From assembly GCA_014728175.1 (NCBI GenBank), contig WJMA01000054.1, forward strand, positions 71,673-135,672: a DNA stretch of 64,000 nt. Direction: 5' to 3'. Positions 18,986 through 28,316 of the stretch are shown one piece after another (positions within the stretch are counted from its first letter, which is position 1; the number at the start of each line of letters is the position of its first letter). Source of the DNA: Candidatus Fermentibacterota bacterium. Its GTDB lineage: Bacteria > Fermentibacterota > Fermentibacteria > Fermentibacterales > JCC-6. The notes beneath the pieces were generated by a model. The model worked only from the letters and a program-made list of their open reading frames with translations. It made no database searches and was not told where the DNA came from. Position numbers and translations under genes: made by a program.

Positions 18986-20515
18986 CTAGCCGAAATCTAT
19001 TCCCTGGGCCAGCTCCATGCCCCCGCTGAAGTTGATGGTGCAGGTCTGGCGGCGCATGTAGCCTTTCCAGGCGTCGGAACCGGATTCCCGTCCGCCCCCG
19101 GTCTCCTTCTCTCCGCCGAAGGCACCGCCTATCTCGGCTCCGGAGGTACCGGTGTTTACGTTGGCTATGCCGCAGTCCGATCCCATGTGCGAGAGGAAGG
19201 TCTCCACCTCTATCAGGTCCCGGCTGAACAGGCAGCTGGAGAGTCCTTGAGGAACGTCGTTGTGGATCCTTATGGCCTCCTCGATGTTGGAGTACTCCAT
19301 AACGTAGAGTATGGGCGCGAAGGTTTCCCGGCGGACGATCTCCGTCTGTTCGGGCATCCTTACTATCGCCGGGGTGACGAAGCGGGGGCCCAGGTCCTCC
19401 AGGACCTCGCCTCCGGTCAAAAGCTCTCCCCCATCCTTCTTGGCCCAGTCCAGGGCGTTCTTCATCTCTTCCACCGCGTCGACGGTCACCAGTGGTCCCA
19501 TCAGGGTGGAGTCGTCCAACGGGTCGCCTATGGCCACGGATTCGTATTTTCCCACCAGGGTCGATACCAGCTCTTCGGCCACTTCACTGTGTACGATCAG
19601 CCTGCGGTTGGTCGTGCAGCGCTGGCCGGCGGTGCCCACGGCGGCGAACAGGATGCTGTCGGCCGCCAGCTCCGGGTCTGCCGAGGGAGCCACTACGGCC
19701 GCGTTGTTGCCGCCCAGCTCCAGTATGGTGCGGCCGAAGCGGGCGGCCACGGTCTCCGAGACCCGCCTACCCATCCTGCAGGAGCCGGTGAAGGAGACCA
19801 GGGGCACCCGCTCGTCCTCCAGCATGCTCTGGCCCACCATGGACCCCGAGCCTGCGACCAGGTTGAGAACGCCGCTATACCCAAGCTCACTCTGGATCCT
19901 GTCGGCCACCTTCTGCACGGCTATGGCACAGAGAGGTACCCTACTGGAAGGCTTCCAGATCACCGTATCACCGCACACCATGGCAATCGCCGCGTTCCAG
20001 GCCCATACGGCCATGGGGAAGTTGAAGGAGGTGATCACTCCTATCGATCCCAGGGGATGCCACTGCTCGTACATCCGGTGACGGTGACGCTCCGAGTGCA
20101 TGGACTTTCCGTAAAGCTGCCTGGACATGCCCACCGCGAGGTCGCAGATGTCTATCATTTCCTGGACCTCCCCGTGGCCCTCGGCGCGTATCTTGCCCAT
20201 CTCCAGGCTTATGAGGTCGCCCAACGGCTCCTTCATCTCCCGCAGGGCGTTGCCCAGCAGCCTCACGGCCTCGCCGCGGACCGGCGCCGGAACCATCCGC
20301 CAGCTCCGGAACGAATCGTACGCTGCGTCGGCTACCTTTGCGTAATCGTCGGAAGAGGCTTGCGCCACGGCAGCCAGATCCTCGCCGTCCGAAGGATTGC
20401 CGGACACCAGCTCGCCTCCGCCGGTCTTTATGGGGCCCTTGCCGCCGACGAATGCCCCGGGGTTCGATCGGTCGGTGTGAATACCAAGTTTCTCGAGTAT
20501 CTCGTTCGCTCTCAT
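18986..20515 (-). CDS. ALDH7-family aldehyde dehydrogenase (alpha-aminoadipic/piperideine-6-carboxylate semialdehyde dehydrogenase type)
   Basis: 509 aa; catalytic ELGGNNA…GQRCTT; C-terminal GGAFGGEKETGGGRESGSDAWKGYMRRQTCTINFS, diagnostic of antiquitin/ALDH7. Confidence 0.9.
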   Translation of the reverse strand: MRANEILEKLGIHTDRSNPGAFVGGKGPIKTGGGELVSGNPSDGEDLAAVAQASSDDYAKVADAAYDSFRSWRMVPAPVRGEAVRLLGNALREMKEPLGDLISLEMGKIRAEGHGEVQEMIDICDLAVGMSRQLYGKSMHSERHRHRMYEQWHPLGSIGVITSFNFPMAVWAWNAAIAMVCGDTVIWKPSSRVPLCAIAVQKVADRIQSELGYSGVLNLVAGSGSMVGQSMLEDERVPLVSFTGSCRMGRRVSETVAARFGRTILELGGNNAAVVAPSADPELAADSILFAAVGTAGQRCTTNRRLIVHSEVAEELVSTLVGKYESVAIGDPLDDSTLMGPLVTVDAVEEMKNALDWAKKDGGELLTGGEVLEDLGPRFVTPAIVRMPEQTEIVRRETFAPILYVMEYSNIEEAIRIHNDVPQGLSSCLFSRDLIEVETFLSHMGSDCGIANVNTGTSGAEIGGAFGGEKETGGGRESGSDAWKGYMRRQTCTINFSGGMELAQGIDFG

Positions 20516-20634
20516 GAACGCCTTCCCATCCGCTTGTCGCTAATAGATCTTGGTGAGTTAAAGTAGCATTATGCTCAATAGGGGCTGGACCAACAAACCG
20601 ATCCATTGACCCATGACAGTGGAACGGCCCGGGT

Positions 20635-20658
20635 AAAAAAGAAGGCCCGCCGCCGGGC
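20635..20658 (-). terminator. Candidate rho-independent terminator after the lipoprotein gene
   Basis: Minus strand reads GCCCG-GCGG-CGGGC followed by CTTCTTTTTT; the stem is short (5 bp). Confidence 0.4.
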
Positions 20659-20691
20659 TACCGGCCCGGCGACGGGCAAGGACGCTGAGCG

Positions 20692-21366
20692 TCAATCCGC
20701 TACGCTGTAAGAGGTAAGCTCGCTGGTTATGTGATACTCCAGGAAACTGGCCGTCTGATCGTAGACGTTTCTCACTATGCCCACGTCCGGGGCGAAATCG
20801 GTGGTGTTGACCACTGTAAGCCCGGACTGGATCCAGGTGGTCCTCATCTGCATCACGTTGGAGAACGTCCCGGCGGGAACGGTTACCTCCCCACCCATGG
20901 AAAGGATCTCTCCGGTCATGGGAGGATCCTCGGAGTACTGCCACGTGTTCCCCACCTCCAGGGGAAAGGGAACGACGAAGCTGGAGTCGGTATTCTCCAG
21001 ATTCGGATAGCCGTGTACCCCGTCCGAAGCCAGCCGCATGTAGGTCACGCAGGTGGAGTCGGGTACCGGCTGACCGGCCAGAGTGTCGGTGGATACGAAC
21101 TCCTCCACGTATACCTCGAAGCTGTCGGCGTGGGTCTCGGTGCCCGTTATCTCGCTGACGGACTTCCCGGTAATCTGGCAGGTGATCGTATCCATCTGCA
21201 TGGTGCCGGACCTGTCGTAGTTCCAGGTGTTCCCCACGGCCATGGGGAAGAATGCCTCGTCATCGCCGCCCGGTCCCGGCCCGGAGGGACCGCCGTTAGA
21301 GTCTCCGCAGGAGGCCAGAAGCAAAAGAGAAGTCAAGGCGATGGTCAAAAGAAGCAATGTTTTCAT
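20692..21366 (-). CDS. hypothetical lipoprotein
   Basis: MKTLLLLTIALTSLLLLASCGDS signal plus lipobox. Confidence 0.55.
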   Translation of the reverse strand: MKTLLLLTIALTSLLLLASCGDSNGGPSGPGPGGDDEAFFPMAVGNTWNYDRSGTMQMDTITCQITGKSVSEITGTETHADSFEVYVEEFVSTDTLAGQPVPDSTCVTYMRLASDGVHGYPNLENTDSSFVVPFPLEVGNTWQYSEDPPMTGEILSMGGEVTVPAGTFSNVMQMRTTWIQSGLTVVNTTDFAPDVGIVRNVYDQTASFLEYHITSELTSYSVAD

Positions 21367-21468
21367 GGAATCCCTCCGTATTCGGGTTTGAAGCCGCGCG
21401 AGAGCGTGAAAAGTGCCCGGGCTAATCCCGGAACGCTCTGGACACTCCTTACAGAGGAATATACAGGA

Positions 21469-22602
21469 TCAATCGGTCCGTCGCCCCATCCGCAACAGAT
21501 AGACCTTTGGATAGTCCTCCGGCTGCTCGTCGAAGGCCAGGTATCCGTTGTCGAAGCAGTAACTCAGACCATCCACGTCCTCCAGCGCGGGTACGGTGGC
21601 CACGAAAAGAAGGTTCCCCCGGGGCGAGTAAACGTCGAAGGTGGGCACATCGGTCCAGCCCCGGCCCACCCAGATTCTTCCCTGGTCGTCGACGTCGATC
21701 GAACCGATGGCGTTATGGTATCTGGGTACGTTTTCGTACCTGCGGTCGCGGTTCACCGAAGTACCGCTCTCCCTCCCGGTGGACAGGCTCTCGTGCAGCA
21801 ATCCCTCCTCCAACTCCTCCTCGGTCTTGGCCACCCTTTCCCAGGGTTTGAAAACCGTGACCAACGTATCGCCCTCCGGACCGTAGCCCGTGAAGGCCCA
21901 TACGCTGTCACAGCCAATGGCGACGTAGACCGAGCCGTCGGGCCCGGTGTCCCATCTCAAAAGCACCGTGTGCACGTTAAGGTCTCCGTCATCGCCCAGG
22001 CTGAAGGTCATGGGATACCCGCAGTAGACCAGCTCCGGCTGGGTCGACCGGTCGAACCTGGCCACGTAGGTGCTTCCTACCGGTTGCCCGTTCTCTACGG
22101 AGTGCCTCAGGGTCATTCCCACGTACGATCCGTCTGGAAAGGGAACGAGCCTGTCCGGGGCGATGTGGCGGTAGCCCGTTATCAGGGTATCGAATTCCAG
22201 CTCCGGGGTAAGATGGGTAACGGATATTCCTCCCCAGTCGCAGATCACCACGCTACCATCGCTCATCAGGGCGAAGCTTTTGGGATACTGGTACTCCCCG
22301 GGACCGGAGCCCTTCCGTCCCACGGACCTCTGAAAGATGCCCTCGGGCGAGTACACCGAAAGCCTGCAGCGCAGACCGTCCAGAACGTATATCTCCCCGT
22401 CCGGGGTACGGGTGGCGTCGGTTACGTTGCCGAACACGTAGGAGCTGTCCCCCATCATCACCCCAATGGTATCGACCACGGAGATTCTGAGGGTATCGAT
22501 CGTACCTCCCTCATCGCTGGCAGGTCCCGGACTGCCCGGACCCCCGCAGGCAACGATGATCGTCAGGCCAAGAACGAAGCCCACGGCAGCCAACGTTTTC
22601 AT
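21469..22602 (-). CDS. hypothetical lipoprotein, probable beta-propeller
   Basis: MKTLAAVGFVLGLTIIVACGG lipobox; repeated Y/W-G-D segments. Confidence 0.55.
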   Translation of the reverse strand: MKTLAAVGFVLGLTIIVACGGPGSPGPASDEGGTIDTLRISVVDTIGVMMGDSSYVFGNVTDATRTPDGEIYVLDGLRCRLSVYSPEGIFQRSVGRKGSGPGEYQYPKSFALMSDGSVVICDWGGISVTHLTPELEFDTLITGYRHIAPDRLVPFPDGSYVGMTLRHSVENGQPVGSTYVARFDRSTQPELVYCGYPMTFSLGDDGDLNVHTVLLRWDTGPDGSVYVAIGCDSVWAFTGYGPEGDTLVTVFKPWERVAKTEEELEEGLLHESLSTGRESGTSVNRDRRYENVPRYHNAIGSIDVDDQGRIWVGRGWTDVPTFDVYSPRGNLLFVATVPALEDVDGLSYCFDNGYLAFDEQPEDYPKVYLLRMGRRTD

Positions 22603-22692
22603 GGTTCCTCCCGGAAAAAGGCTAAGCTTTTCTTCAAAGGGCGAACATAATCCACTCCGAAAGGTTCCCCCCTAATCCCCCTCGTACCCGCT

Positions 22693-23265
22693 TTGACCGG
22701 AATCGAGGAGCAGGGTTATCATCGGCACCGTCAGGTTGGACTCGGGAGGGCTTACGTGAGCAGCGTATGGGAATCGATTCCGGGCAAATGGTGGATCTGG
22801 GTAGTACCGATGACCGTATTCGCCGTCGTCGGAGTTCTGGTCATCAAGGCAGCCATAGCCATCCCTCCCGGCATCCAGGAGAGCGCCCTTCCTTTCCTGT
22901 CTAGACGGACCGAGGTCCTCGTTCTGGGAGTATTCCTGATCGTCGGCCCCTACGCTTCTTGTGCCGCCCTGTACCTTCGCATGCGGAGCAGAACCAGGAG
23001 GGCCTCCCGCCTGAGGGAGGAGGGCGTCCCGTGCAGGGCCCGAATCCTCTCGATTCGATCCACGGGAATGACGATCAACGATCTTCCCCAGTACCGGATC
23101 GAGGTGGAGGTCACGGGAGCGGGAGCGCCGCCCTTTCCAGCCGTGGTCAGGACCTGCCTGAAGCCAGGGCAGCTGAAGGATCTGGGACCAGGCAGCGTTT
23201 GCCGGACATGGCTGGATCCCAACAACGGTAAAAACCTGCTGGTAAGCTTCGAGGATCAGTTGTAG
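22693..23265 (+). CDS. hypothetical small membrane protein (two N-terminal TM helices plus C-terminal domain)
   Basis: Hydrophobic stretches WWIWVVPMTVFAVVGVLVI and VLVLGVFLIVGPYAS; exact start uncertain. Confidence 0.45.
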   Translation: MTGIEEQGYHRHRQVGLGRAYVSSVWESIPGKWWIWVVPMTVFAVVGVLVIKAAIAIPPGIQESALPFLSRRTEVLVLGVFLIVGPYASCAALYLRMRSRTRRASRLREEGVPCRARILSIRSTGMTINDLPQYRIEVEVTGAGAPPFPAVVRTCLKPGQLKDLGPGSVCRTWLDPNNGKNLLVSFEDQL

Positions 23266-23304
23266 GGATTTTGATAACCTGCAGAACGATCTCTCGGGCA
23301 GGCT

Positions 23305-25875
23305 CTAGTTCGGTCGGATTCTAACCAACCGGTCAGGAACCGCTTCCTTCTCGGCCACGGCATCGGTATCTCCAGGTACGTATAACTCCAGGGTGCAACT
23401 ATCGCCGCAGGGAAGACCGAAGTGCAGGATTCCGCCGTTCTGGCTGGTAGTGCCGCTGCCACCCTCGACCTGGCGTAGCAGGGTCAGGTCGTTCTGCCTC
23501 AGAGCAACGATGCAACCGATACCCGAGTGGTTGATGCCACTCGTAGGGACGACCTCCACCTCCATCCAGCAGCCTTCGGGCGTAGTGTTCATAAGCAGGA
23601 CCGGGCCATCCCCGGAGCCTACGGCCAAATCCAACCTGCCGTCCAGGTTGAAATCCGCCGCCGCAGCGCCCCAGCCGTTGAAAACCCTGGATCCCGACAT
23701 CCAGGTAACGTCCCGAAACCTGCTGCCTTCTTCATTCAGATAGAGAAAGCTCCGCCTCTCGGGATAGACGGAGGTCACGAAAAGGTCCAGCCATCCATCG
23801 TTGTCAAAATCTCCCCATACCGGGTTGGAATGCGTTTCCTCGAAGCGTATGCCGAGGGCAGCTCTCACATCCTCGAAAGAGCTATCCACGTTCTCATAGA
23901 GCATGCTTCGGTCGGAGAAGGTTATGTATCTGGGATGAGCCAGATTGGCGGAGAAGAGGTCCCAGTCACCGTCGTTGTCGTAGTCTCCCCAGGTGCTTCC
24001 GATGGTGTGTCCCCACCATCCCTGTGTGTTGGTTCCGGCGACCCCCTCGGCTAAAGCAGAGTTCACCGCGCGGCCGTCCCGATTCTCCCACAGGAGGTTC
24101 TCCTGGAGCCTGTAGTTGCTGACCAGGATATCCATGTCTCCGTCCATGTCGTAGTCGCAGGGGCTCACTCCCCTTCCGCACAGATGTTTACCCAGGAAAG
24201 GTGTCATGCCCAAACTGTCACTTACCTCTACAAAACCGTTACTTCTGCCTAGATAGAAAGCGTCGGCCGTCCCAGAACCCAGGTTTCCCGATCTTTCGTA
24301 GCTGGCCAGGTATAGATCCAGCCAACCGTCAGCGTTCCAGTCCAGAAGGGCCACACCCTCCACCCTGGAATCGGTGGGAAGCACGCCCAGCTTATCCGTG
24401 GACTCTTCCAGCGTCCCATCTCTCTGCAGGAAGATTTGCACGGTGTCCCCAGAGGTCACAAGATCCTGGGTCCCATCTAGGTTCAGGTCTCCCCACACCC
24501 CTCCGTTGCCCCGGTTGGTTGAAAGGCCGGACTCGACGGTGACGTCCGTGAAACCCGTACCGTGGTCGTTGCGGTAAAGGTCATGCCCCAGAAGAAGGTC
24601 CGGGTATCCATCGTCATTGTAGTCGCACCAGGAGATCCGGGTGCCCCGGACCAGGCTGTCCGGGCCCAAAATACCGGTTACGTCGGCGAACGTCGGGCCG
24701 TCGTAGCCGGTACTCTCCCTGGCCCATTTGATCGGACCCACCCTGGGTATCAGCAGACCCTCCATGGCGGAAACCGCCTTGCCACTCCACTCGTTCTCCA
24801 CGTTGCCCAGGGCAGCCGAACGGGCGTAGGAACGTAGGGCGGCGATGGTGTAACCGGTCTTAAGCAGCATCTCTCCCTGCAACCAGTAAAGCGAGGTCTC
24901 CGTGTGATAGTCATCGATCCCCAGCTCGACGCCCTCGATAACCCCCCTGATCAGAGCCAGCGCCTGGTCCCTGCGGCCCGATCCATCCAGGGCCATCAAC
25001 CTTCTGAAGCGAAGCCGCATATCCAGAGCCGGGCCGGAAAGCATCCATTCCTCGGCCGGCATCCCCTGCGGATGGTATCCACCCTCTAGTATCTCCAGCC
25101 CTCTGTCGCAAAGCTCCAGAGCCTCCGACCAGGACGAGTCTCTATCCATCATCAAGGTCGCGCCGGTCAGGCAGCATTGAGGATCGTTCGGACAACTTTC
25201 CTTCCACGACCGGTAGTAGTCCTTCCAAGAGGAAGAGTCAGCGGTCTGCAACACGGATGTCAGGGTATATCGCCAGGCCCTGCATCGCCAGGCATCGGAT
25301 TCGTCCCCCCGCCGGTCGATAAACTCCCTCAAAACGCTTATCCTGGCGGAGTCGTCGTTCCATACCGGGTATAGGCGATCGTAGAAATCCCACCCGATGA
25401 TCTGGTACGTCTCCTCGGATTCGGGAAACCTCTCGATCAGAACCGCCGTCAGGCTGTCGTAAACGACGCTGTCTCCCAGCGCACTGGATGACTCAATGAG
25501 GGAGAGAAGGTCCGATGGGCCCCATGAGAGTCTACCGCCCCATTCGCTGAGCATTCCCCTCAGAGAAAGGGAAGACGGGCTCTCCTCGCATCCGGCGATG
25601 GACCTCCACAGAGCTGCCATCGTCCCTGCCGTAGGTCTTCTTCGGAAAACCAGCTCGTAGAGATCGGCGGCCGCAGAGTAATCACCTCTGGCGGCGTATA
25701 CGACAGCCGTGAGTGAGTCTGATCCTCTGGCCATCTCCAGGGCGGCATCGAAATCCCGAACGCCTAGTAGGTCCTCAAAATCGGCCTGGCCGAACGAAAG
25801 GGAAAGAATAACCATGGCCTTCCGGCCGCAATCTAAAAGGAACGATGAATTCGATTTCCTGCCGGTCGCTACCAT
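23305..25875 (-). CDS. CRTAC1/ASPIC-UnbV family protein with FG-GAP/VCBS beta-propeller repeats and N-terminal TPR-like region
   Basis: Multiple D-x-N/D-x-DG-x-DL repeats (DLNLDGTQDLV, DWNADGWLDLY, DYDMDGDMDIL, DYDNDGDWDLF, DFDNDGWLDLF, DFNLDGRLDLA) and a C-terminal UnbV_ASPIC-like tail; 7-bp overlap with the upstream gene. Confidence 0.8.
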   Translation of the reverse strand: MVATGRKSNSSFLLDCGRKAMVILSLSFGQADFEDLLGVRDFDAALEMARGSDSLTAVVYAARGDYSAAADLYELVFRRRPTAGTMAALWRSIAGCEESPSSLSLRGMLSEWGGRLSWGPSDLLSLIESSSALGDSVVYDSLTAVLIERFPESEETYQIIGWDFYDRLYPVWNDDSARISVLREFIDRRGDESDAWRCRAWRYTLTSVLQTADSSSWKDYYRSWKESCPNDPQCCLTGATLMMDRDSSWSEALELCDRGLEILEGGYHPQGMPAEEWMLSGPALDMRLRFRRLMALDGSGRRDQALALIRGVIEGVELGIDDYHTETSLYWLQGEMLLKTGYTIAALRSYARSAALGNVENEWSGKAVSAMEGLLIPRVGPIKWARESTGYDGPTFADVTGILGPDSLVRGTRISWCDYNDDGYPDLLLGHDLYRNDHGTGFTDVTVESGLSTNRGNGGVWGDLNLDGTQDLVTSGDTVQIFLQRDGTLEESTDKLGVLPTDSRVEGVALLDWNADGWLDLYLASYERSGNLGSGTADAFYLGRSNGFVEVSDSLGMTPFLGKHLCGRGVSPCDYDMDGDMDILVSNYRLQENLLWENRDGRAVNSALAEGVAGTNTQGWWGHTIGSTWGDYDNDGDWDLFSANLAHPRYITFSDRSMLYENVDSSFEDVRAALGIRFEETHSNPVWGDFDNDGWLDLFVTSVYPERRSFLYLNEEGSRFRDVTWMSGSRVFNGWGAAAADFNLDGRLDLAVGSGDGPVLLMNTTPEGCWMEVEVVPTSGINHSGIGCIVALRQNDLTLLRQVEGGSGTTSQNGGILHFGLPCGDSCTLELYVPGDTDAVAEKEAVPDRLVRIRPN

Positions 25876-27524
25876 CGATCCAGCAGGACCAGCCTCGCCG
25901 TGCAGGGCTCTCCCCCGGTGTCCCTAACCTCCACCACGTAGCATCCGGAGGGCAGGCCTGAGCCACCGCAGGTGTAGATGCCATCGAAGGCCGTTCTGAG
26001 AATCTCTCTTCCCGAGACGTCGTAGATTCGCAGGATTGCGTCGGGTCCGAAGCCGGTGCCCAGTATTCGAACTCTGCCGCCGCCGGGGTTGCCGGACACC
26101 ACCAATCCCCTGGATGGATCCCCGGGAGTGTCCGGCTCGACACCCATGTAGTTTACAGTGAAGGTCCAGTACTCGTCGCTGCCGCCACCACCGGGAGCGG
26201 TGCACCAGGTCTGCTCGTAGCCGTCGGTGGCCGCGACCTTCCAGTGGTAGGTCTGGCCCGGGGTCAGATCGCCCTCCGAGAAGGTGTAGGTCGATCCCGT
26301 GAGATCGTTAACCTCGTCGTGCGGGCTGAAGTCCGGGTCGGTGGAGTACCACAGGTCGTAGGTAACGGCGTGCTGCCCGCCGTCGTCGCTGTCCTCCCAG
26401 TCCAGGGTGGGAGGGTCGTTCACGTTGGAGTTGTGGGCGGGCGAGAGAAGCTCGAATCCCGCTGGGGCGACGTTGTACCAGGCGCAGTACAGGTCGCCAT
26501 ACCAGCTGTACTCGTAAGACATGTAAGGATTTCCGGTGGTGTCTGTCGCGATCGAGGAGTAGCTGCCGACGCTGTACTGGCTGTGAACGGTCTCCACCTC
26601 CCAGTCGGTACCATTGAAATAGGCGTACTTCAGGTCCTCCAGCGAAAGGTCGTAGTAGGAGATGTGGATGTGGTCATCACCGTCCACGGCTATAGATGTG
26701 TACCAGCCCACGTAAGCGTCATCCACCACCTCGGTCTGCCAGTCGGCTCCGTCCCACCAGGCGTGCTCCAGGTCGTGGTTGTCGTAGTCACAGTAGGAGA
26801 TGTGGGGGTTATCCCCGCTGTCCAGGACCATCGACAGCCACAGACCCACCTGCCCGGAGGATATCACCGTCTCGGTGTTCCAGCTGCTTCCGTCATGGCT
26901 GGCGTACCGCAGGTCGTCGTCGGACCCCTCGAAGTAGGCTATGTGCGGGTGGTCGAGGCTGTCGATGTCTATGGAGGTCCAGGCGCCCGACTCGCCGTAA
27001 TCGTCGACGGTCTGAAGAGTCCAGGAGCTCCCGTCGTACCAACCGTACTTCAGCTCGGTGTCGCCGTAGGTCACGTAGTAGCGGTAGGAGAGGTGAGGAT
27101 TGTCGTCGCTGTCCAGGGCCAGAGACGTGTAATCCCCGACGTAGCCCTCCGAGTCTATGAAGACCGTATTCCAGGCAGCTCCGTCCCACCAGGCGTACTT
27201 GAGTGCTGAGTTGTAATAGTCGTAGTAGGAGATGTGGGGATAATCGTTGCTGTCTATAGCTATGGAGGTCCACCACCCCACATTGTCGCCGGCCTCCACC
27301 ATCTCCAGCTGCCAGGTATCTCCATCCCACCAGGCGTGCTTGAGGCCGCCTTCGGTGTTGTTGTAGTAGGCTATGTGGGGGTAGTCGTTGCTGTCCAGGG
27401 CGATGGACGTATACTCACCGGTCGATCCCTGTTCCTCCAAAGGCACAATTTGCCAGCCGTCGGCCGAGGCGTATCCCCCGACCAGGAGTACGGCGAGCAT
27501 GAATATCCATCGTGATTCAGGCAT
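25869..27524 (-). CDS. secreted protein with seven tandem ~47-aa Y-x-W-DG-x-W repeats (probable 7-bladed beta-propeller), an Fn3-like domain and a C-terminal sorting-type beta-sandwich
   Basis: Signal peptide MPESRWIFMLAVLLVGGYASA. Repeat unit G-YTSIA-DSND-PHISYYD…LKYAWWDG-W… occurs seven times. C-terminal …AILRIYDVSGREIL… resembles T9SS/FlgD-type C-terminal domains. Confidence 0.7.
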   Translation of the reverse strand: MPESRWIFMLAVLLVGGYASADGWQIVPLEEQGSTGEYTSIALDSNDYPHIAYYNNTEGGLKHAWWDGDTWQLEMVEAGDNVGWWTSIAIDSNDYPHISYYDYYNSALKYAWWDGAAWNTVFIDSEGYVGDYTSLALDSDDNPHLSYRYYVTYGDTELKYGWYDGSSWTLQTVDDYGESGAWTSIDIDSLDHPHIAYFEGSDDDLRYASHDGSSWNTETVISSGQVGLWLSMVLDSGDNPHISYCDYDNHDLEHAWWDGADWQTEVVDDAYVGWYTSIAVDGDDHIHISYYDLSLEDLKYAYFNGTDWEVETVHSQYSVGSYSSIATDTTGNPYMSYEYSWYGDLYCAWYNVAPAGFELLSPAHNSNVNDPPTLDWEDSDDGGQHAVTYDLWYSTDPDFSPHDEVNDLTGSTYTFSEGDLTPGQTYHWKVAATDGYEQTWCTAPGGGGSDEYWTFTVNYMGVEPDTPGDPSRGLVVSGNPGGGRVRILGTGFGPDAILRIYDVSGREILRTAFDGIYTCGGSGLPSGCYVVEVRDTGGEPCTARLVLLDRW

Positions 27525-27624
27525 GACGTCTCCCTCGTGTTGTAGGCAAATAGTTAATCGTAACGTGATTATATGGGATAATTGTTTTTCCAGTGTTACG
27601 GCGTTCGAAGTAAGGTAGATTTAT

Positions 27625-28065
27625 TTATCGTTTAACATTCCCCCGTCCCCGGTTACAGAACACCCAGGCGAAGCCCCGGATTATAAGCGGGAGCAGGCGG
27701 TAGTAATGAAGGATGGACATGACGGCGGAGAAGAAAACTATGGTGGCCAGCCCCTGGAAAGCCAGGGAGAAGCCCAGGGAGGTCTCTCCATCCGGGCCGG
27801 TCTCCCCCGGAGGTATGGCCAGCCTGCCGAAGACGAACCTGGTGCCGGCCTGGGCCGAGTCCAACAGCTACACGATCAGGTCGTTTAGAAACCTGAACAG
27901 ACCGGTCCCCACCTGGGCCTGGAAGACGAACAGGGCGAAGACCAGTTGTAGGCCGACGCCCCAGCCGATTACCCGCCAGTTCATCCTCCGCCTGTCGGCC
28001 GAGAGGATCCATCCCACGCCCATCATCGCCAGAAGCCCACAGGCGTTGACCAGGCTATGGCTCAA
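27625..28065 (-). pseudogene. nupC: Truncated and frameshifted remnant of a concentrative nucleoside transporter (NupC/CNT family); N-terminal ~145 codons only
   Basis: Track ORFs 27868..28065 (…ADRRRMNWRVIGWGVGLQLVFALFVFQAQVGTGLFRFLNDL) and 27625..27864 (…TRFVFGRLA…GFSLAFQGLATIVFFSAVMSILHYYRLLPLIIRGFAWVF…) together align with the first ~140 residues of E. coli NupC. They are in different frames and the ~250 C-terminal residues are missing. Confidence 0.55.
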
Positions 28066-28316
28066 CCGCAGCCTCCTTCCATCACTCGGAAAGGACTAAT
28101 CTAACAAGAGGCTAAAAGCTCGACTAGAACCTCCGCGGGTGGAGGCGGCAATACCGCTGCCCCGGTCGATCGACGTTGACCCAACGGCGCGCTTGCGGTA
28201 TTTGTCTTCCCTGCATTTTCGGACGATCCGTACCCGCCAGCCCCTGCTTGTGGGAAGCCCTGCGGCACGCGGGTCGTGCACACGGCTGACCGTTTAAATC
28301 GTGGAAGGGTGAACCT

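Noticed and set aside
20731-22650. 639-aa plus-strand ORF spanning two lipoprotein genes
   Set aside because: Gly/His/Pro/Arg-rich translation typical of antisense frames in high-GC DNA; both opposite-strand genes have clean signal peptide plus lipobox starts. The same reasoning rejects other long antisense ORFs (19187..20566 +, 33709..35436 +, 48459..50171 -, 51066..52406 -, 55949..57139 -, 44914..46122 -).
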